From NCBI GenBank assembly GCA_937915565.1, contig CALDMH010000108.1, forward strand, positions 1-57,501: a stretch of DNA of 57,501 nucleotides, in the 5' to 3' direction. This DNA is from an uncultured Clostridia bacterium. GTDB lineage: Bacteria; Bacillota; Clostridia; Christensenellales; Borkfalkiaceae. Made by a program: the position numbers and the translations under genes. The notes under the pieces are model-generated. The model was given only the letters and a program-made list of their open reading frames with translations, ran no database searches and was not told where the DNA came from. Shown here one piece after another: positions 53,001 through 57,501 of the stretch; the stretch's first letter is position 1, and the number at the start of each line of letters is the position of its first letter.

Positions 53001-54053
53001 ATGAAAAACAAAATCAGAGTGGGAATTGTCGGTTGCGGCAGGATACTTCCTATGCACGCGGTTTCGGCGGTTACGCTCGAACAATCGGAACTCGTCGCAG
53101 TGTGCGATATAAAATGGGACAGGGCGCAGGCCGCCGCCGAAAAATACGGCGCAAAGCCTTACGCGGATTATAAAGAGATGATTGAAAAGGAAAATCTCGC
53201 CGCAATCCACGTTTGTTTGCCTCATTATCTTCATCCCGTCGTGTCGAAATACGCGTTATCTCACGGGGTAAACGTTCTTTCGGAAAAGCCTATGGCGATA
53301 AATTACGCCGACGGCGAAGAATGTTGCCGCGTTGCGGAGGAAAACGGAAAGCTTTACGGCGTTATTTTTCAGTGCCGGTATAACGACAGCTCGAAACTCG
53401 TTAAATCCGCGCTCGATAGCGGCAAACTCGGCAAGATAATCACCGCCCGCTCCACGCTCACCTGGACGCGTTCCGACGACTATTATTCGCAGTCCGATTG
53501 GAAAGGTACTTGGGATAAGGAAGGCGGTGGCGTTATCATCGACCAAGCAATCCACTCTATGGACCTCGTGAACTGGTTTATAAACAGCGAAATCGAGAGC
53601 GTCAGTTGTTCGATTGCCAACCGCGGACATAAAATCGTTCGCGTGGAGGACAGCGCCGAGGGTTTGATAACCTACAAAAACGGGGCTAAATACGGTTTTT
53701 ACTGTATGAACAACTACGGTTGTGACGAGCCGATAGAAATAAGATTATTCTGCGAAAAGGGCAAGGTCGTTATGACTTACGACGACGCGTATATCGATTA
53801 TAACGACGGAACTCACGAGGAAGCGCATCTCAAAAAGCCGAACGTGGAATACGAGGGCGGAAAGGATTACTGGGGATTTCAGCACATTCGCCAGATAAAT
53901 CAGTTTTACAACGCCGTTTTAGGCAAAGAGCCGCTTGAAATAAGCGGACGAGAAGCTCTCAAAATTCAAAAGCTTATTTGCGAAATTTATAAAAACGGCT
54001 TTGAAAACGCAAGCCGCGAATTTCTTGAAAAAAAGGAAGGTAAAAATTTATGA
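53001..54053 (+). CDS. Gfo/Idh/MocA-family NAD(P)-dependent oxidoreductase
   Basis: Motifs IVGCGRILPMH, LSEKPMA and GGGVIIDQAIH. Confidence 0.88.
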   Translation: MKNKIRVGIVGCGRILPMHAVSAVTLEQSELVAVCDIKWDRAQAAAEKYGAKPYADYKEMIEKENLAAIHVCLPHYLHPVVSKYALSHGVNVLSEKPMAINYADGEECCRVAEENGKLYGVIFQCRYNDSSKLVKSALDSGKLGKIITARSTLTWTRSDDYYSQSDWKGTWDKEGGGVIIDQAIHSMDLVNWFINSEIESVSCSIANRGHKIVRVEDSAEGLITYKNGAKYGFYCMNNYGCDEPIEIRLFCEKGKVVMTYDDAYIDYNDGTHEEAHLKKPNVEYEGGKDYWGFQHIRQINQFYNAVLGKEPLEISGREALKIQKLICEIYKNGFENASREFLEKKEGKNL

Positions 54054-54913
54054 AAATAGGCGCGATAACCGATTGTTTTAAAACCGATTTGGCAAACGCT
54101 CTGAAACTTTGCGGAAAGGTCGGGCTCGACGGCGTGCAGATTTACGCCACCACCGGCGAATTTTCCTGCGAAACGCTCACCGAAGAGAAAAAAGCGGAAT
54201 ATAAAAAGCTTTTGAAGGACAACGGGCTTGTGGTTTCCGCGCTTTGCGGAGATATGGGCGGTTACGGCTTTGAAATCGAAAAGGACAATGCCGAAAGAGT
54301 TGAAAAAACCAAGAGGATAATAGACCTTGCCGTGGAATTCGGCGCAAAGGCGGTCACCACGCATATCGGCGTTATTCCCGCGGATAAATCGAATCCGAGA
54401 TATAAGGTTATGCTTGATGCGCTTACCGAATGCGGCTTATACGCAAAGAGCAAAGGCGTTACGCTCGCAATCGAAACGGGCCCCGAAAAGGCGGTTACGC
54501 TCAAAGCCTTCATCGAGGACACGAAAGGCGGCGTGGGCGTTAATCTCGACCCTGCGAATTTCACAATGGTTACCGGTCAGGACGCCGTCGAAGCGGTTTA
54601 TATTTTGCGGGATTATATCGTTCACACGCATTTAAAGGACGGAAAGATGCTTGATAAAAACCAAAAACCCGAGGACGTATATCACGCGTTTGCAATCGGG
54701 GGAGTGGAGGCGTTGAACGCTTGCTCGGGTTTTGCGGAATTACCCGTGGGGCAAGGCGACGTCGACTGGGATAATTATCTTGCCGCGCTCAAAGAGATAG
54801 GTTACGACGGATTTTTGACTATCGAGCGCGAAGCGGGAGCAGATCCGACGGCGGATATTCTTTACGCGGTGAATTATATCAAGGAAAAATGCAAAAAACC
54901 GGGCATAAACTAA
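54050..54913 (+). CDS. sugar phosphate isomerase/epimerase (xylose-isomerase-like TIM barrel)
   Basis: Typical AP_endonuc_2/XylA-like TIM-barrel pattern (..H.G....; LAIE....; NLDPANF; H.KD). It overlaps the upstream stop codon (ATGA). Confidence 0.8.
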   Translation: MKIGAITDCFKTDLANALKLCGKVGLDGVQIYATTGEFSCETLTEEKKAEYKKLLKDNGLVVSALCGDMGGYGFEIEKDNAERVEKTKRIIDLAVEFGAKAVTTHIGVIPADKSNPRYKVMLDALTECGLYAKSKGVTLAIETGPEKAVTLKAFIEDTKGGVGVNLDPANFTMVTGQDAVEAVYILRDYIVHTHLKDGKMLDKNQKPEDVYHAFAIGGVEALNACSGFAELPVGQGDVDWDNYLAALKEIGYDGFLTIEREAGADPTADILYAVNYIKEKCKKPGIN

Positions 54914-54939
54914 ATATTGCCTTAAATTCAAATAAACGA

Positions 54940-54975
54940 ACGGGCGGCGAGCCGATGGCTCGCCGCCCGTATTTT
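54940..54975. terminator. strong bidirectional rho-independent terminator between convergent operons
   Basis: 14-bp stem ACGGGCGGCGAGCC/GGCTCGCCGCCCGT with a 3-nt loop, then ATTTTAATTTTT. Confidence 0.88.
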
Positions 54976-55052
54976 AATTTTTAAATGCGGTGATAAGAAA
55001 CGAAATTCCTTTTATAAATTTTTTGCCTTTATAAATAATAAATATTTCGCTT

Positions 55053-55955
55053 TTATAAATATTTCGCCACTTTTTGCCTTGTCGGGAGCGAATCCGTCGC
55101 GCCGCGTCCGAGCGTGTTCAGCGAGCCGCATACGTTCGCGAAAAGCAAGATTTTTTCAAGCTTTTCGGCAGAAAGGTCGACGGTTTTTTCTTTGTACAGT
55201 CCGAACAGCGCGCCGCCTAAAAAAGCGTCGCCCGCGCCCGTCGCGTCAACGGGTTTTATTTTTATCGTTCTCACCCTTTCCGTCCTGCCGTTATGCCGCC
55301 ATTCGCAACCCTTTGCGCCGCGCGTTATCAAAACGAGCGAATTTTTAAGCTTACGCTCGATATAGTCCTCTCCGAAAAGTTCCGTTTCGTCCTCGGAAAA
55401 CTTGATTATATCGCAAAGCGGAAGAAAGGAAAGATAAGCTTTCATCGCATTATTTTCGTCGCCGAAAACGTCGCTGCGGTGATTCACGTCAAAACTGACG
55501 AGTTTCCCCGCCTCTTTGGCGCGTTTGGCAAGTTTCATCGCATAATCGAGCCCCGATTTTTCGGAGAGCATAAGCGAACCGAAGTGAACGATATTCGCCT
55601 TGCTTAAAAGTTCGTCCGAAATTTGCGGCAAGTCGGAATCGGCGGTGTTTTTCCTGTAAAAGCCGAACGACCTTTCGCCGTCGTCCGATATTTCCACAAA
55701 CGCAAGCGTAGTGTTTTTATTTTTCCTGACGGAGATTAAAAGTTCGTCGAATTTTTGTTTTTCGGCGTAATTTTTTAAAAAGTCGCCTATGGAATCGTTC
55801 CCGACCGCCCCCGCGAATGCAACGCTCCCGCCGAGTTTTTTAACGGCGCAGGCAACGTTGAACGGAGCTCCGCCCGCTTTTCTTTCGTAAAAATAGCCGT
55901 TTCTTTTCTTCTCGCCGAGCATATCGGCGAGTATTTCTCCAACGCACAAAATCAT
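55053..55955 (-). CDS. PfkB-family carbohydrate kinase (fructokinase-like)
   Basis: N-terminus ILCVGEILADM, the GG motif (AGGAPFNVA) and the C-terminal motif DATGAGDAF. Confidence 0.8.
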   Translation of the reverse strand: MILCVGEILADMLGEKKRNGYFYERKAGGAPFNVACAVKKLGGSVAFAGAVGNDSIGDFLKNYAEKQKFDELLISVRKNKNTTLAFVEISDDGERSFGFYRKNTADSDLPQISDELLSKANIVHFGSLMLSEKSGLDYAMKLAKRAKEAGKLVSFDVNHRSDVFGDENNAMKAYLSFLPLCDIIKFSEDETELFGEDYIERKLKNSLVLITRGAKGCEWRHNGRTERVRTIKIKPVDATGAGDAFLGGALFGLYKEKTVDLSAEKLEKILLFANVCGSLNTLGRGATDSLPTRQKVAKYL

Positions 55956-55974
55956 ATTTTTGCCCTCTTTGAAG

Positions 55975-57207
55975 TCATAAATTCTGCAATTTTAAAGCCA
56001 TACAGGCGTAAAGCGTGTTAAAACTGAAAAAGTCGTTATTCAGGAATTTTTCTCCCGTATCGGGGTGATAAGATTCGCTTAAAGACCTCGTTTTTTCTAA
56101 ATCCTTGATAAGATAAGCTTCGGTTTGCTCTTTAATTCTGCGCGCATCCTCAATTCTTCCGTTAGAGAAAAACGCCTCGAAAACGAAATAATTGGCAATC
56201 GTCCACACCGCGCCGAGCCAGTTAGAGGGGTTGCCGGACGGCTCTAAATTGTAGGCTCTTTCGTATTTTGAAACCGTTCTCACGCCGTAAGGGCAGTTAA
56301 GTCCGCTTTCCGAAAAAGCGTCGAGCGCGGCAGCGGCTCTTTTTTCGTCCGCAACGCCGAAGCAAAGCGGCATATAGCAGGAAAACATCTTGATTTTCAG
56401 CGGCGTGGTTTTCCAGAACGCGGGCAAACCGTGGTTGAAATATTCGGTTATATGAGTTTTTACGTTCACGTCCTGCGAATAATAAAAACAGTCTTTTTCG
56501 TCCCACATAAGCTCGTTTATCGCATTTTTTAACGCGTTATGCCTGTTTTTCCAAAGTTTTTCGTCGCGGTTGAAGATTTTCGCAAGTTCCGTCATCGCTT
56601 CAAGTTCGGCAACCATAAGCGAATTCAAAAATACGTCCGCCGAGGAGTAAGGCAACCTTCCGAAAACGGTGGGGTTGTTGTCCGTGCCGAGAAACACGTC
56701 GTCCGCATAAACGAACAAACCGCTTTGCTCGTTAAATTGTTCTTTATAGTAATATTCAAGATATTTTTCGAGTTTTTCTATGGGGAAAACGTTCAAATAA
56801 TCCTTAAAGCCGCACTCGTCGTAAAGTTCGAAGGCTTTGAGGGCGTGTCTTGAAAGGACGGGTTTATGAGCGTTGTTTGCACGAGGGCGGGTTGCATAGT
56901 CGTCGTTTTCAACGTCGGAACGAATCATACACGGAATAAATCCGTCGTCCTCCTGCATATCCAGAAAGTTGAGAACGTTTCCCATTGCCGCCTTTGCAAG
57001 GCTTTTCTTTTTTTCGGCGTTCGGTTTAAGTTTTAAAACCGCACTCATTCCTTCAACGGTGAAAAAACTGTCCCAATCCCAAAGAGTGTTTTTATACGGA
57101 ATCCCCGGTTGTAAAAACGGGTAACGCAGTTTTCCGTTTTCCTTTGCGGTGAGTTTAAAGGATTGCTCGTCTAAAACGTCGATTATTCTTTGTTCGGTTT
57201 CGTTCAT
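55975..57207 (-). CDS. (alpha/alpha)6-barrel glycoside hydrolase, GH63/trehalase (MGH1)-like, cytoplasmic
   Basis: The LWDWDSFF motif is near the N-terminus, the sequence is helical-repeat in character, and it is 410 aa long. An AAAGGAG RBS is present. The family call is tentative. Confidence 0.5.
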   Translation of the reverse strand: MNETEQRIIDVLDEQSFKLTAKENGKLRYPFLQPGIPYKNTLWDWDSFFTVEGMSAVLKLKPNAEKKKSLAKAAMGNVLNFLDMQEDDGFIPCMIRSDVENDDYATRPRANNAHKPVLSRHALKAFELYDECGFKDYLNVFPIEKLEKYLEYYYKEQFNEQSGLFVYADDVFLGTDNNPTVFGRLPYSSADVFLNSLMVAELEAMTELAKIFNRDEKLWKNRHNALKNAINELMWDEKDCFYYSQDVNVKTHITEYFNHGLPAFWKTTPLKIKMFSCYMPLCFGVADEKRAAAALDAFSESGLNCPYGVRTVSKYERAYNLEPSGNPSNWLGAVWTIANYFVFEAFFSNGRIEDARRIKEQTEAYLIKDLEKTRSLSESYHPDTGEKFLNNDFFSFNTLYACMALKLQNL

Positions 57208-57250
57208 AAAACTCCTTTGCGTTTGCCGCGTCTTTTTTTAAAAAGCCGCC

Positions 57251-57263
57251 TATAAGTCGATTA
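57251..57263 (-). repeat. copy of the 13-nt word TAATCGACTTATA
   Basis: The plus strand reads TATAAGTCGATTA. On the minus strand the frame is AAAAATATGGCGA-word-G-GCGGC-TTTTT, 44 nt upstream of the ATG at 57207. Confidence 0.9.
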
Positions 57264-57357
57264 TCGCCATATTTTTATCGTAATCGCCTGCGTTTGGCGG
57301 AGTGAAAATCGAGCCGCGGCAACAGTTAATGGAATTCGTACGCATCATTCCGATGAA

Positions 57358-57386
57358 ATTTTAGCAAAGAATAGTCTAAAAGTCAA
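57358..57386 (-). promoter_or_regulatory. sigma-70-type promoter with extended -10 for the GH63-like/pfkB operon
   Basis: The minus strand reads TTGACT (57386-57381), a 17-nt spacer, then TGcTAAAAT (-10 at 57363-57358). Confidence 0.6.
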
Positions 57387-57459
57387 TACCCGCCGTTTAA
57401 CAAGTCAACATTTATCTATATTTATCTACGCAAAAGTCAAGAAACTTATTAAATAAGAA

Positions 57460-57495
57460 AAGAAGCCGTACCATTCAGGCTTGGCTTCTTTTTAT
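57460..57495. terminator. hairpin with flanking A/T runs near the window edge
   Basis: 8-bp stem AAGAAGCC/GGCTTCTT followed by TTTATT. It could terminate a minus-strand gene lying beyond the window. Confidence 0.45.
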
Positions 57496-57501
57496 TAGGT
57501 T

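Noticed and set aside
30117-57440. A recurrent AAAAGTCAA word in sugar-locus spacers (30117, 30213, 33686, 57377, 57431), considered as a regulator binding site.
   Set aside because: - The reverse complement is TTGACTTTT, a -35 hexamer. At 30120 and 57381 it sits at the proper distance from a TAAAAT -10 box for the minus-strand genes.
- There is no extended similarity around the copies.
- An A/T-rich 9-mer recurring by chance in promoter DNA is plausible.
1-57501. tRNA, rRNA, prophage, integrase/transposase, toxin-antitoxin and known defence-system genes.
   Set aside because: - No cloverleaf-sized conserved structures or rRNA-like stretches occur in the short spacers.
- Every ORF longer than 100 aa with coding character is accounted for by metabolic, transport, regulatory or surface functions.
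- Absence cannot be proven without tRNAscan, Rfam or HMM searches.

Overview
This is a 57.5-kb chromosomal window from what looks like a Firmicutes/Clostridia-type genome. That assignment is an inference from gene content and synteny, GGAGG ribosome-binding sites, TTGACA-17-TGnTATAAT promoters and a CwlD-like amidase. No rRNA, tRNA, CRISPR array, integrase, transposase or recognisable defence genes were found.

**Gene content**
- **1-18 kb, housekeeping:** the conserved cluster rpsB(partial)-tsf-pyrH-frr-uppS-cdsA-dxr-rseP. It is followed by an aspartate aminotransferase, fhs, an AraC/GyrI-like regulator, an O-antigen-ligase-like membrane protein plus an MGDG-synthase-like glycosyltransferase, der, uxaC, rpsU and a small hypothetical gene.
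- **18.8-26 kb, envelope-stress-type modules:** a fused MacB/FtsX-type ABC transporter divergent from an OmpR-type response regulator and an intramembrane-sensing histidine kinase; a CwlD-like amidase; and a PadR-DUF1700-DUF4097 operon.
- **26-57 kb, a large Gram-positive polysaccharide-utilisation-type locus:**
  - Glycoside hydrolases: GH43-like, GH78 rhamnosidase, two tandem paralogous GH lipoproteins, GH32, and a GH63/trehalase-like enzyme.
  - Sugar-converting enzymes: RhaM, an AGE-family epimerase, a PfkB kinase, and an SGNH esterase.
  - Regulation and uptake: an AraC regulator and an LplABC-type ABC importer.
  - Three secreted surface proteins, one of which carries a GDPD phosphodiesterase domain.
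  - An oxidoreductase cassette: two Gfo/Idh/MocA enzymes plus a xylose-isomerase-like TIM barrel.

**Most notable non-standard signals**
1. A 13-nt word, TAATCGACTTATA, recurs six times. Every copy is intergenic or abuts a stop codon, and most are framed by an A-run and a T-run.
2. The three surface proteins share a Cys-containing C-terminal tripartite sorting-like signal: a Gly/Ser linker, GGC[GN]G, a hydrophobic helix and a KK tail.
3. A roughly 295-bp self-complementary element is bounded by 28-bp imperfect inverted repeats (MITE-like, or a structured RNA). A solo repeat end lies 30 kb away.
4. An ABC permease is fused to a roughly 300-aa N-terminal extracytoplasmic domain.
5. Many intergenic spacers carry degenerate tandem repeats. 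Several are seeded from the last codons of the upstream gene, and one is a 5 x 11-bp helically phased array.

All functional calls rest on reading the translated ORFs for family motifs. No database search was possible.
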